The position numbers and the translations under genes are program-made. A stretch of 61,158 nt of DNA, counting the filler. It is 7 parts of 7 records of this genome, joined end to end, with 100 filler letters (N's around TTAATTAATTAA, not from the genome) between each part and the next. Parts side by side here need not be neighbours in the genome. Positions count along the whole stretch, not along the records: positions 7,040 to 13,534 come from SRR20825010_5362; positions 13,635 to 19,819 come from SRR20825010_5365; positions 19,920 to 34,934 come from SRR20825010_5374; 4 more parts are not named here. One strand, given 5' to 3'. The notes beneath the pieces were generated by a model. It did not search any database. It had not been told where the DNA came from and saw nothing but the letters and a program-made list of their open reading frames with translations. Positions within the stretch are counted from its first letter, which is position 1. Each line of letters starts with the position of its first letter. Positions 10,593-20,317 of the stretch are shown piece by piece.

Positions 10593-12083
10593 TTAAAGCG
10601 TGCCAATGCACAGGTACTTCATTTCCAGGAACTCTTCGATACCCCACACCGAGCCTTCGCGCCCAAGCCCCGACTGCTTCACGCCACCAAAAGGCCCCAC
10701 TTCATTGGAGAAAACGCCCACATTAATACCCACCATGCCGTATTCCAGCGCACGGCCTACCCGGAAAGTGCGTGCCGAGTTTTCGGTGTAGAAGTACGCA
10801 GCAAGGCCGTAGGGTGTGTTGTTGGCGTAATTAATCGCCTGTTCTTCGGTGTCGAAGGGGAAAATCGCGGCCAGCGGGCCAAAGGTTTCCTCTTGGGCCA
10901 CCAGCATGCGGTGGTCTGCATTGTCGATCAGGGTCGGTTCGAAAAAGCGGCCACCCAAGGCGTGGGGCTTGCCGCCGTGCAGCAGTTTTGCGCCTTTTTC
11001 CAGTGCGTCGTCTACATGTTTTTGAACCTTGGCAATGGCCTGGTCGTCAATCATGGGGCCGATGCTTGCTTTGGTCTTGATGCCGTCGCCCACGTCCAGC
11101 TTGGCCACCCTGGCCTGCAGTTTCTCGGCAAAAGCCTGTTGTACGCTGCGTTGAACGTAAATGCGGTTGGTGCACACGCAGGTTTGGCCCGCATTGCGAA
11201 ATTTTGATGCAATCAAACCATCCACGGCTTTGTTCAGGTCGGCGTCTTCAAACACAATAAAAGGTGCATGGCCACCCAGTTCAAGGCTCAGTTTTTTGAT
11301 GGTGGGGGCACATTGTTGCATCAGGATTCGGCCCACTTCGGTGCTGCCTGTGAAGGTAAGTTTGCGAACCACTTCGCTTTCACACAGAACTTTGCCAATT
11401 TCAATCGAGCGTTCTGCGTCGCCGGTGATGACGTTCAACACGCCTGCCGGGAAGCCTGCCTGTCGCGCCAGCTCAGCCAGGGCCAGTGCGCTTAATGGTG
11501 TTTGTTCCGCAGGTTTGATAACAACCGTGCAGCCTGCGGCCAGCGCCGGGGCTACTTTGCGGGTAATCATGGCAATCGGGAAATTCCACGGCGTAATGGC
11601 GGCACACACGCCTATGCCCTGTTTCAACACCAGCAATTCCCGACCCAGTTGGGGCGATTCCAGTACGCTACCCTCGATTCGTTTGGCCTGCTCGGCAAAC
11701 CATTCCACGAAACTTGCGCCGTACACCACTTCGCCTTTGGCCTCTGCAAGCGGCTTGCCTTGTTCCAAGGTCATCAAAAATGCCAGGTCGTCGGTGTTGT
11801 CGATGATCAAATCAAACCACTTGCGCAGCATTTGTGCGCGGCTTTTGGCGGTGGTGTTGCGCCAACTCACCAATGCTTTTTCAGCACACAGAATGGCGTC
11901 GTGGGCCAAGGCTATCGAGGTGTTGCCAACTTGGGCGATGGTTTCGCCCGTGGCGGGGTTGTCCACCGGAAAGTCTTTTTCGCATTCGTGAAAGCTGCCG
12001 TACACAAACGGATTGGTTTGCAACAGGCTTGGGTTTTTGAATTGGAACTGATTGTTCACCTCATTGCTTACATTACTGCTCAT
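10593..12083 (-). CDS. gabD: NAD(P)-dependent succinate-semialdehyde dehydrogenase
   Basis: ITPWNFP, FTGSTEVG, LELGG, FRNAGQTCVC, EETFGP and PFGGVKQSGLGREGS motifs of GabD-type aldehyde dehydrogenases. Confidence 0.9.
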   Translation of the reverse strand: MSSNVSNEVNNQFQFKNPSLLQTNPFVYGSFHECEKDFPVDNPATGETIAQVGNTSIALAHDAILCAEKALVSWRNTTAKSRAQMLRKWFDLIIDNTDDLAFLMTLEQGKPLAEAKGEVVYGASFVEWFAEQAKRIEGSVLESPQLGRELLVLKQGIGVCAAITPWNFPIAMITRKVAPALAAGCTVVIKPAEQTPLSALALAELARQAGFPAGVLNVITGDAERSIEIGKVLCESEVVRKLTFTGSTEVGRILMQQCAPTIKKLSLELGGHAPFIVFEDADLNKAVDGLIASKFRNAGQTCVCTNRIYVQRSVQQAFAEKLQARVAKLDVGDGIKTKASIGPMIDDQAIAKVQKHVDDALEKGAKLLHGGKPHALGGRFFEPTLIDNADHRMLVAQEETFGPLAAIFPFDTEEQAINYANNTPYGLAAYFYTENSARTFRVGRALEYGMVGINVGVFSNEVGPFGGVKQSGLGREGSVWGIEEFLEMKYLCIGTL

Positions 12084-12100
12084 GTCTGTCTCTCTTGTTG

Positions 12101-12877
12101 TCAGTTTGCTTCAAGGTTCAGCAGGGCTGTCAGCTGGGCTGTGCAGGCCACTGCGAATGTTTCGGTTCGCAACACGCGTCGCGAAAAATTCAGGGGCAGG
12201 GCACCCAGTTCCGTTGCCGTGTCGGTTTCCTCGGGTGACCAGCCGCCTTCGGGGCCTACACAAATGATCAACGGTTCACCCGGCTTTGCGCAGGGTGCCC
12301 AGTTTCTCAGCGATTCCCCGGCTTGCGGTGTAAACCACAGCACCTGCGCATTGGGCCAGGCTTGCGAAACGTGTTCCAGTGCGCCCTGAAGTGTTTTTAC
12401 GGGTTCGACCCTGGGCAGGCGGCCGCGTTCACTTTGCAGGCTGGCCGCCAGTACAACACGTTCCCAATGGGTTTGCCGCTTGTTGGCGCGCTCCCCTTCC
12501 AGTTTAACCACGCTGCGGCGGGCCTGAACGGGATGAAAGCCGACAACGCCCAATTCAGTGCATTTTTCAAGTATCCAGTCCATTTTGTCGCCTTCTGGCA
12601 GGGCTTGAAGCACGTGCACGGGTCTGTTCAATTCGGTGTCCAGAACTTCCAGTTGCTCGACAATATGCACTTGAGCCATTTTTTTGGACACGTATTGCAC
12701 CGTGGCCTGGTATTCACAACCGCGACCGTTCCAGACCCGCAACGATTCGCCCTCGCGCAAGCGCAAAACCCGGGAGGCGTAATGCATCAAGTCGTCTGAC
12801 AGATCAAGCACTTGGCCCACGCTGTTGCAGTGTTCTAGCAGGAAGCGGGGTAAGCGCTTGCCTTTGTCTTGTTTCAT
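12101..12877 (-). CDS. rsmE: 16S rRNA m3U1498 methyltransferase
   Basis: HYASRVLRL, KMDWILEKCTELGV, VGPEGG and RVLRTET motifs. Confidence 0.94.
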   Translation of the reverse strand: MKQDKGKRLPRFLLEHCNSVGQVLDLSDDLMHYASRVLRLREGESLRVWNGRGCEYQATVQYVSKKMAQVHIVEQLEVLDTELNRPVHVLQALPEGDKMDWILEKCTELGVVGFHPVQARRSVVKLEGERANKRQTHWERVVLAASLQSERGRLPRVEPVKTLQGALEHVSQAWPNAQVLWFTPQAGESLRNWAPCAKPGEPLIICVGPEGGWSPEETDTATELGALPLNFSRRVLRTETFAVACTAQLTALLNLEAN

Positions 12878-12993
12878 GTTTGCCTGTCTTTATTCAGTGG
12901 TTTGTCCGCGAGGGGGCACTTTATTCGGATAGCTTTGATAAAATTCATGTTTTTCCAACTTTGCCACAGGCATAACCCTCAATCCCCATACCT

Positions 12994-13534
12994 ATGTCCT
13001 CTTCGTCAAAGAACATGGCCAACGCGATTCGCGCGCTCGCCATGGATGCAGTTCAAGCCGCCAAGTCCGGTCACCCCGGCATGCCAATGGGCATGGCCGA
13101 GATCGCTGTTGCCCTGTGGGCACGCCACCTGAAGCACAACCCGCAGAATCCGCTTTGGGCGGATCGCGACCGCTTTGTGTTGTCCAATGGCCACGGCTCC
13201 ATGCTGCTGTATGCGCTGCTGCACCTGACCGGTTACGACCTGCCGATCGAGGAATTGAAGAATTTCCGCCAGCTGCATTCTAAAACACCGGGCCACCCCG
13301 AAGTAGACATTACCCCCGGTATTGAAACCACCACGGGCCCCTTGGGGCAGGGTATTGCCAATGCGGTTGGTTTTGCCTTGGCCGAAAAACTGCTGGCCGC
13401 TGAATTCAATGAAGCTGGCTTTCCGGTGGTAGACCACAACACGTATGTGTTTTTGGGCGACGGCTGCCTGATGGAAGGTATTTCCCACGAGGCATGTTCA
13501 CTGGCGGGCACCCTGGGCTTGTCCAAGCTGATCG
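12994..13534 (+). CDS. tkt: Transketolase, 3'-truncated
   Basis: [30 protein letters not shown] and GDGCLMEG motifs. Confidence 0.96.
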
Positions 13535-13634
13535 NNNNNNNNNNNNNNNNNNNNNNNNNNNNNNNNNNNNNNNNNNNNTTAATTAATTAANNNNNNNNNN
13601 NNNNNNNNNNNNNNNNNNNNNNNNNNNNNNNNNN
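13535..13634. other. Artificial contig spacer
   Basis: N44-TTAATTAATTAA-N44. Confidence 0.98.
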
Positions 13635-14084
13635 GGCGAGACGATCAACACGCCCTCCATGCTCGCGGTCGAGGATGTGCTCGACGCGCTGAAATGGGCG
13701 GAAGGGATTGGCGGACTGAAAGCCATGATCGCCCGTTCCGAAGCCAATCTCGCGGCGGTCTCTGCCTGGGTCGAAAAAAGCGACTGGGCAGGCTTCCTCG
13801 CGGCCGATCCGGCTGTCCGCTCCAGCACCTCCATCTGCATCTCCGCCTCTGATCCATGGTTCGACGGCCTGTCCGAGGATGATCAGCGGGCGGCGATGAA
13901 ACAGATCGACGCTCTGCTCGAAGCCGAAGGCGTTGCTTTCGACATCAACGGATATCGCGACGCGCCTGCCGGTCTCCGGCTCTGGGGCGGGGCGACCGTC
14001 GAGGCTGCCGATATGGAAGCTCTCCTGCCGTGGCTCGACTGGGCGTATGGCCAGGTGAAGCAGTCCAAGTCAGAGGCTGCCTGA
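13635..14084 (+). CDS. serC: Phosphoserine aminotransferase (alphaproteobacterial type), 5'-truncated
   Basis: [14 protein letters not shown]...RSSTSIC...[21 protein letters not shown]; directly upstream of serA. Confidence 0.93.
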   Translation, partial: GETINTPSMLAVEDVLDALKWAEGIGGLKAMIARSEANLAAVSAWVEKSDWAGFLAADPAVRSSTSICISASDPWFDGLSEDDQRAAMKQIDALLEAEGVAFDINGYRDAPAGLRLWGGATVEAADMEALLPWLDWAYGQVKQSKSEAA

Positions 14085-14164
14085 TCGAAAAATGCTCCCG
14101 GCAAACGGCCGGGAGCGTCTTTCCCGAGACTGCAGAATAAATACGAGCGCACGAGGAGCATGCC

Positions 14165-15742
14165 GTGCCCAAAGTCCTTATTTCAGACAAGCTGAGCCCC
14201 GCCGCCGTGGAAATCTTCCGCGCGCGTGGCCTCGAAACCGACTTCAAACCGGGCCTTTCCGCCGAGGATTTGCTCGACATTATCGGTGATTACGATGGCC
14301 TCGCCATACGGTCTGCGACCAAGGTGACGAAAGAGGTTCTGGCCAAGGCGCCGAACTTGAAGGTCGTCGGCCGGGCCGGCATCGGCGTCGACAATGTCGA
14401 TACCGCCGCCGCGACGGCCGCCGGTGTGGTGGTGATGAACACCCCCTTCGGTAATGCCATCACGACAGCGGAACATGCCATTGCGATGATGTTCGCGCTG
14501 GCCCGCCAGATCCCCGCCGCCGACCGCTCCACCCAGGAAGGCAAGTGGGAGAAGTCCAGATTCATGGGCGTCGAGCTGACCGGCAAGCGCCTCGGCCTGA
14601 TCGGGTGCGGCAATATCGGCGCCATCGTCGCCGAGCGCGCGCGCGGCCTGAAAATGCGGGTTGCCGCCTATGATCCGTATCTCAGTGACGAGCGGGCGGC
14701 GCAGCTCGGTGTCACCAAGGTCGAGCTTGATCAGCTCTTCGCCGAGGCGGACATCATCACCCTGCATACGCCGATGACCGATGCCACGCGCAACATCATC
14801 GACGCGGGCGCAATCCAGAAGATGAAAGCCGGTGTCCGGATCATCAACTGCGCACGTGGCGGTCTGGTGGACGAGGTGGCCCTGCGCGGCGCGCTGGAGA
14901 CCGGTCACGTCGCCGGTGCTGCCTTTGACGTTTTCGTCGAGGAGCCGGCCAAGGAGAACGTGCTGTTCGGCGCGCCGAACTTCATCGCCACGCCGCATCT
15001 GGGGGCTTCCACCAGCGAAGCGCAGGAGAAGGTGGCCCTGCAGGTGGCGGAGCAGATGTCCGACTATCTGCTGACAGGTGCCGTGACCAACGCGGTCAAC
15101 ATGCCGTCGGTCACGGCGGAAGAGGCGCCGTTGCTGAAGCCCTACATGAAGCTGGCGGAAAATCTCGGAGCCTTCTCTGGGCAGGTGATCGGCAGTGCGA
15201 TCAAGTCGATCTCCATCGAGTTCGAGGGGCTGGCGGCGGAAATAAACCCGGCGCCGGTCGTGGCCGCTGCCCTGACCGGCGTGCTGAAGCCGACGCTGAC
15301 GTCTGTCAACATGGTCAGTGCCCCGGCGGAAGCGCAGGCGCGCGGTATCGCCGTGACCACAATCAAGCATGATCGCCCGTGTGACTATCAGACCATGCTG
15401 CGGGTGACTGTCGAGACCGGAGAACGCACCCGGACGGTTGCGGGAACACTCTTTGCCGAGAATCTGCCGCGTCTGGTGGACGTGCAGGGTATCGCCATCG
15501 AGGCCGAGTTCGGCGCGCACATGCTCTATGTTCGCAACTACGACAAGCCGGGCTTCATCGGCTCGCTGGGGTCCGCCCTTGGCGATGCCGGGGTCAATAT
15601 CGCCACCTTCCATCTCGGCCGCCGGGAAGAGGGCGGCGAGGCGGTGGCCCTTGTCGAAGTGGACAGCGCGGTGGGTGAGGATCTGCTGAAAGCGGTGAAG
15701 GCATTGCCGAATGTCGCACGGGTGGATGCCCTGAACTTCTAA
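14165..15742 (+). CDS. serA: D-3-phosphoglycerate dehydrogenase (with ASB/ACT domains)
   Basis: GRAGIGVDNVD, NTPFGNAITTAEHA, GCGNIG, NCARGG, TPHLGAST and a C-terminal ACT domain (DKPGFIG...NIATFHLGR). Confidence 0.97.
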   Translation: MPKVLISDKLSPAAVEIFRARGLETDFKPGLSAEDLLDIIGDYDGLAIRSATKVTKEVLAKAPNLKVVGRAGIGVDNVDTAAATAAGVVVMNTPFGNAITTAEHAIAMMFALARQIPAADRSTQEGKWEKSRFMGVELTGKRLGLIGCGNIGAIVAERARGLKMRVAAYDPYLSDERAAQLGVTKVELDQLFAEADIITLHTPMTDATRNIIDAGAIQKMKAGVRIINCARGGLVDEVALRGALETGHVAGAAFDVFVEEPAKENVLFGAPNFIATPHLGASTSEAQEKVALQVAEQMSDYLLTGAVTNAVNMPSVTAEEAPLLKPYMKLAENLGAFSGQVIGSAIKSISIEFEGLAAEINPAPVVAAALTGVLKPTLTSVNMVSAPAEAQARGIAVTTIKHDRPCDYQTMLRVTVETGERTRTVAGTLFAENLPRLVDVQGIAIEAEFGAHMLYVRNYDKPGFIGSLGSALGDAGVNIATFHLGRREEGGEAVALVEVDSAVGEDLLKAVKALPNVARVDALNF

Positions 15743-15749
15743 ACATCAC

Positions 15750-15833
15750 CGTCATCCCCAACCCGATCGGGGACCCAGAGATCATATGGCTGAACATGCC
15801 TTCCCCTGGGTCCCCTCGTGCGAGGGGATGACG
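15750..15833. repeat. Palindromic extragenic element (CGTCAT...ATGACG REP/RPE-like)
   Basis: CGTCATCCCC (15750-59) pairs with GGGGATGACG (15824-33). Inner GGGGACCCAG (15769-78) pairs with CTGGGTCCCC (15806-15). Confidence 0.7.
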
Positions 15834-15889
15834 AATTTGGGCGGATATCGCGCGAGTATCTCCAACGCCTCACGAGTATCTCCGATACC

Positions 15890-16555
15890 TCACATATCGG
15901 CGAAAATCTGTTCCCGGATTTTTCGCGAGCCCCCCAGTCGCTGCTCGGCCAGGGCCCTGGCTCCGGCGGGAGCAGTCTCGGGTGTTCCGCTGTTGAAGGG
16001 CGGTTGCGGAGCATATTCGATCCCGAGCTGTACGGCCTCGGCTTCTTCCTGTCCGAACAGCTCGGCAATCATCACCAGCCCGAAATCGATGCCTGACGTG
16101 ATCCCGCCCGCGGTAATCAGATTGCCGTCGCGCACGACACGTCCCGGCGTGTAAATGGCGCCGAACTTCTCCAGAAAATCGACGGCATACCAGTGCGACG
16201 TTGCCTTCTTGCCCTTCAGCAGTCCCGCGGCACCGAGTAGCAGGGAGCCGGTGCAGACGGAAGTGATGTAGCGGGCGCCCCCGGCCTGTTTCCGGATGAA
16301 GGACAGGGTGCCTTCGTCGCGTAGCAGTGGATTGACGCCGGCGCCGCCCGGCACGCAGATCACGTCGAGTTGCGGGCAGTCATCGAACGAGGTCGTCGGC
16401 TGGAGGGGAAGGCCGCAGGAGGCGGTAAGGGGCTGCATGTCCGCACCGATAAGAAGTGTCTCCGCCTCGGGCGTGGCTTTGAAGGTTTCATAGGGACCGA
16501 CGAAGTCCAGTAACTGGACGCCGGGAAACAGAAGAAGACCGATTTTGACTGTCAT
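15890..16555 (-). CDS. DJ-1/PfpI family protein (isonitrile hydratase InhA-like)
   Basis: LDFVGP, DVICVPGG, nucleophile motif SVCTGSLLLGAAGLLKG, and C-terminal QLGIEYAPQPPF. Confidence 0.9.
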   Translation of the reverse strand: MTVKIGLLLFPGVQLLDFVGPYETFKATPEAETLLIGADMQPLTASCGLPLQPTTSFDDCPQLDVICVPGGAGVNPLLRDEGTLSFIRKQAGGARYITSVCTGSLLLGAAGLLKGKKATSHWYAVDFLEKFGAIYTPGRVVRDGNLITAGGITSGIDFGLVMIAELFGQEEAEAVQLGIEYAPQPPFNSGTPETAPAGARALAEQRLGGSRKIREQIFADM

Positions 16556-16637
16556 GTGAGTGCTCCTGGTTGACTGTGGAGAGCTTAGGGCCAATTATTT
16601 TGGCCGTACTGCCAAAGACCCAACATATCAGGCCAAA

Positions 16638-17591
16638 ATGACTCGTCATATCGAGATACTGGGATTCCCGGACTGCCAACTGCTCGATATCGCGGGCCCG
16701 TTGCAGGTGTTCTCCACGGCCAACGATCAGGCGCGCTCGGATGGCAGCGCGGCGCCTTATTTGCCTGTCGTCGTCGGACGCGGACCCGATGTGAAAACCA
16801 GTGCTGGCCTGTCTCTTTCAGTAGAGCCAATGGGGGCGCCGGATAGGCCTGTCGATACTTTCATCGCCGCTGGTGGCGTGGGCGTCAATGCCGCTTGCGA
16901 GGATGCGGAGCTGGTGACGTGGCTGCGCGATCGGGCTGGATCGGCGCGCCGGACGGCGTCGGTCTGCAGTGGCGCGTTTCTGCTCGCGACGGCCGGATTG
17001 CTCGACGGCCGCCGGGCGGTGACGCACTGGCAGCGCTGCGAGGAGTTCACCTTGCGCTTTCCCAAAGTCCGTCTCGAGATGGACCCGATCTTCGTGCGTG
17101 ACGGTGATATCTGGACCTCGGCCGGTGTCACGGCGGGGATCGATCTGGCACTGGCCATGGTGGAGGCCGATCTCGGCCGGGAGATGGCATTGAGCGTGGC
17201 CCGGCAACTGGTCGTGTTTCTGAAGCGTCCGGGAGGTCAGTCGCAATTCAGTACAATTCTTGGGTTGCAGGGCAGGGAGGGACGGTTCGACGAGTTGCAC
17301 GCGTGGATGCAGCAGAACCTTGGTGGCCGGCTTTCAATTGACGATCTCGCCGCCCGGGCTGGGATGAGCGTCCGGAGTTTTTCCCGGCATTACCGGAGCG
17401 CAACGGGCCGGACCCCGGCAAATGCACTCGAGGACATGCGCCTGGAAACCGCCCGCCGCCTGCTTGAGCAGAACGGGTCTGTCTCGCGGGTTGCCCAACA
17501 GTGCGGGTTCGGGACGGAGGAAACCATGCGCCGCGTCTTCCGGCGCCGCCTCGGCTCAAGCCCGCAGGAGTATCGCGAGCGGTTCGTCTGA
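16638..17591 (+). CDS. GlxA-family transcriptional regulator (DJ-1 domain + AraC HTH)
   Basis: LLDIAGP, SVCSGAF, TSAGVTAGIDL and KRPGGQSQFS, then an AraC HTH. Divergent from the DJ-1 gene. Confidence 0.92.
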   Translation: MTRHIEILGFPDCQLLDIAGPLQVFSTANDQARSDGSAAPYLPVVVGRGPDVKTSAGLSLSVEPMGAPDRPVDTFIAAGGVGVNAACEDAELVTWLRDRAGSARRTASVCSGAFLLATAGLLDGRRAVTHWQRCEEFTLRFPKVRLEMDPIFVRDGDIWTSAGVTAGIDLALAMVEADLGREMALSVARQLVVFLKRPGGQSQFSTILGLQGREGRFDELHAWMQQNLGGRLSIDDLAARAGMSVRSFSRHYRSATGRTPANALEDMRLETARRLLEQNGSVSRVAQQCGFGTEETMRRVFRRRLGSSPQEYRERFV

Positions 17592-17596
17592 TCCGC

Positions 17597-18184
17597 TCAT
17601 GCACCGTCCAGCCGCTTTCGCATGATCGGCCGTGTTTCGGAGCGTCGCGCGGCTTCCTTGAAACCGGCGTCGCGGAAAGCGCCGATGAACCCTGTCCAGG
17701 CATAGACGGCCGGATAGCTCTTCTTCGGGCTGTCGACGGGATAGCCTTCCAGGATTGTCGCGCCGCGATCCCGGGCGAAGTCGCATGCGGCCTCAAGCAG
17801 CTTTAGCGAGAGGCCTTGCTTGCGGAAGCGTTTGTCGACAAGGAAGCAGGAAATGCTCCAGACGGGCTGTTGATCCAGAGGCTTCAGCACGCGGGAAGAG
17901 GCAAGGCGCGGAAAGGCGTTTCGTTCATCGACCTGGATCCAGCCAACGGCTTCGTCCGCCCGCCAGGCAACGAGGCCCGGTATGTGCCCTCTGTCAAACA
18001 GCGCTTTCATGGCCGCGCGATTACCATCACCCATGCCCGCATCCATTTCTTTCTTCGGCAATCGCCAGAGCATGCACCAGCATCCGCCGCAGCCGCCTTT
18101 CTCTCCCATGACAGATTCAAAACCCTGCCAGTCGGCGGGACGGATATCGAATTCATTCCCCGTTTCCGGATTGTTGCCGGCCAT
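17597..18184 (-). CDS. GNAT-family N-acetyltransferase
   Basis: GCWCM, WSISCFLVDKRFRKQG acetyl-CoA motif, LEGYPVD and F..AGF. Confidence 0.85.
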   Translation of the reverse strand: MAGNNPETGNEFDIRPADWQGFESVMGEKGGCGGCWCMLWRLPKKEMDAGMGDGNRAAMKALFDRGHIPGLVAWRADEAVGWIQVDERNAFPRLASSRVLKPLDQQPVWSISCFLVDKRFRKQGLSLKLLEAACDFARDRGATILEGYPVDSPKKSYPAVYAWTGFIGAFRDAGFKEAARRSETRPIMRKRLDGA

Positions 18185-18337
18185 TGCCTTCCTGCCCCGT
18201 TCATCGTTCACGGCGGTGCGGATCGTCGCCAATTACAGCCGGAGCGACAAGGCCCGGCCGGACTCCCTTGGTAATCAGGCACTGCTGACAGCGTTGTGTC
18301 AGCAGCCTGGTGCATCCGTGTGAATCGGTCTTGATCA

Positions 18338-18357
18338 ATTAGGGCAATTGTCCTAAT
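18338..18357. promoter_or_regulatory. Probable TetR operator (20-bp palindrome)
   Basis: ATTAGGGCAATTGTCCTAAT is self-complementary except for one pair and lies 27 nt before the TetR start. Confidence 0.7.
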
Positions 18358-18384
18358 GATGTTTTGCTCAATCGGGGACAGGAA

Positions 18385-18987
18385 ATGCAAGACGGTAAGA
18401 CTGCAGATCGGATTGTCGATTGCGCCGACGATCTGTTCTACCGGCAAGGCTTCGAGGCGACATCTTTCGCGGACATTGCCGCTGCTGTCGGTATCTCCCG
18501 GGGCAATTTCTATTACCATTACAAGGCCAAGGACGATTTGCTGGAGGCCGTGATCGCGCGCCGGATGGCAAACACGACGGCCATGCTGCGGGACTGGGAG
18601 ATCGCCGGGGAAGGTCCGGCAGAGCGCATCCGCAGCTTTATCGATATTCTGATCCGCAACCGGGACAAGATCGAACAGTACGGCTGCCCCGTCGGCTCTC
18701 TCAGCACCGAACTCGCCAAGCTCAATCATACTGCCCAGGACGAGGCGGCCCGGATTTTCACGCTGTTCCGGGTCTGGCTTCGCCGGCAGTTCGAGAAGCT
18801 TGGCCGGGCATCCGACGCTGACGCGCTCGCCATGCATCTTCTGGTGCGCAGCCAGGGTGTCGCCACATTGTCCGCCGCCTATCGGGATGCGGCCTTTGTC
18901 GAGCGCGAAGTCACGTCCATGTGCGCTTGGCTGTCCGCCATAACAGAGCCGGGCGCTTCCGCCCCTTCATTCACACAGCAGCACTGA
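18385..18987 (+). CDS. TetR/AcrR family regulator (NemR/LmrA-like)
   Basis: HTH ADDLFYRQGFEATSFADIAAAVGISRGNFYYHY and the GCPVGSL motif. Confidence 0.92.
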   Translation: MQDGKTADRIVDCADDLFYRQGFEATSFADIAAAVGISRGNFYYHYKAKDDLLEAVIARRMANTTAMLRDWEIAGEGPAERIRSFIDILIRNRDKIEQYGCPVGSLSTELAKLNHTAQDEAARIFTLFRVWLRRQFEKLGRASDADALAMHLLVRSQGVATLSAAYRDAAFVEREVTSMCAWLSAITEPGASAPSFTQQH

Positions 18988-19002
18988 CCGGAGATCGATC
19001 CG

Positions 19003-19290
19003 ATGTTTATCGCCTTGCTTAAATTCTCTGACCATAAAGACCGCGCCGGTGACTTCATGGACGGGCACAAGGCCTGGCTGAAACGTGGTTTTGAGGACGG
19101 TGTTTTCCTTCTGGCTGGAAGCCTGCCGCCGGGTGCGGGCGGGGGCATTCTGGCGCATAATCTCGATCGGGAGGCTTTGGAGACTCGGCTGGCTGAGGAT
19201 CCGTTCGTCGCCGAAGACGTGGTCCGTCCTGAAATTATCGAGATCGATCCGGCCATGACGGACTCGCGCCTCGATTTTCTCGCCGCCTGA
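19003..19290 (+). CDS. YciI family protein
   Basis: H..WL..G...G.FLLAG and EDPF motifs; 95 aa. Confidence 0.85.
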   Translation: MFIALLKFSDHKDRAGDFMDGHKAWLKRGFEDGVFLLAGSLPPGAGGGILAHNLDREALETRLAEDPFVAEDVVRPEIIEIDPAMTDSRLDFLAA

Positions 19291-19303
19291 GGAGCCAGCT
19301 ACC

Positions 19304-19819
19304 ATGAGTGATCCTTTCATCGCACCGGATAGCAAGCCGCGTTGCCGCTGGTGTGGCGGTGCGCCGGAATTCCTGCCCTATCACGACACGGAATGGGGCT
19401 TTCCAGTCGCCGACGATCGGCGATTGTTCGAGAAACTCTGCCTTGAAAGCTTCCAGTCAGGCCTGAGCTGGCGGACCATTCTGGCGAAGCGGGAAAATTT
19501 CCGTGCCACGTTCCACAATTTCGAATTCGCGGAGGTCGCCGTTTTCACGGAGAAGGACGTCGAACGGCTGCTCGGCAATGCCGGTATCGTCCGTCACCGG
19601 GGGAAGATAGAAGCGGTGATCAATAACGCGGCCCGGGCGGTGGAGATGGTCGCCCGGGAAGGCTCCCTCGCGGCCTTCTTCTGGAGCTATGAGCCGGGCG
19701 CGGCGGACCTTGCCATCCCGCAAACGGCCTCAACCTCTGAGGTGTCGGTCACGATTTCCAAAGAGTTGAAAAAGCGCGGCTGGAAATTCGTCGGCCCGAC
19801 CACGGTCTATGCCTTCATG
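19304..19819 (+). CDS. tag: DNA-3-methyladenine glycosylase I, 3'-truncated
   Basis: RCRW, YHDTEWG, LFEKLCLESFQSGLSW, IVRHRGKIEA and FVGPTTVYAFM motifs. Confidence 0.95.
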
Positions 19820-19919
19820 NNNNNNNNNNNNNNNNNNNNNNNNNNNNNNNNNNNNNNNNNNNNTTAATTAATTAANNNNNNNNNNNNNNNNNNNNNNNNN
19901 NNNNNNNNNNNNNNNNNNN
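19820..19919. other. Artificial contig spacer
   Basis: N44-TTAATTAATTAA-N44. Confidence 0.98.
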
Positions 19920-20174
19920 CGCATCCTCTGCATTGGATTCATCTATTTCGTCCAAATGATCATTGGATTCATCGTTTTTGGCACTCGTTTCCTCATCCTT
20001 GGTTTCGGAAGAAGTTTCCTTTTCAGGTTGTTTTTCCTCTTCATTTTTAGGTGCAGTCTGCTCGGACACTTTTGCTTCGGCCTGTTCGGTCTCTTCCAAA
20101 TGTGTTTTTGAACTCTCTGTTATTTCCTCTTTGCCACCTTCAGCTTGCTGAAGTTTACGATCATTTTCCTGCAT
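19920..20174 (-). CDS. Acidic N-terminus of a probable DUF349 protein, truncated
   Basis: Glu-rich low-complexity start ending in LDEIDESNAEDA. Its position after aroE matches the usual Flavobacteriaceae order (inference). Confidence 0.55.
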
Positions 20175-20317
20175 TCGTTGCTTGTTTACCTAATTGATTG
20201 ATGAAAGTTATAGCCAATTTAACAACTTAATTGTCTAATAGCAAAAGTATTGATTCTTCTTTTGCTTTAATATAATCGTTGTACATGTTGGTGGAATCGC
20301 TATATCAATAGCCGATT

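Noticed and set aside
7040-13534. Betaproteobacterial contig as a source of novelty
   Set aside because: It holds only ordinary housekeeping genes in a familiar order.
14183-15613. 476-aa minus-strand ORF opposite serA, and similar long antisense ORFs opposite glyS, glyQ, gabD and the MORN gene
   Set aside because: Typical stop-poor antisense frames of GC-rich coding DNA, with no recognisable motifs.
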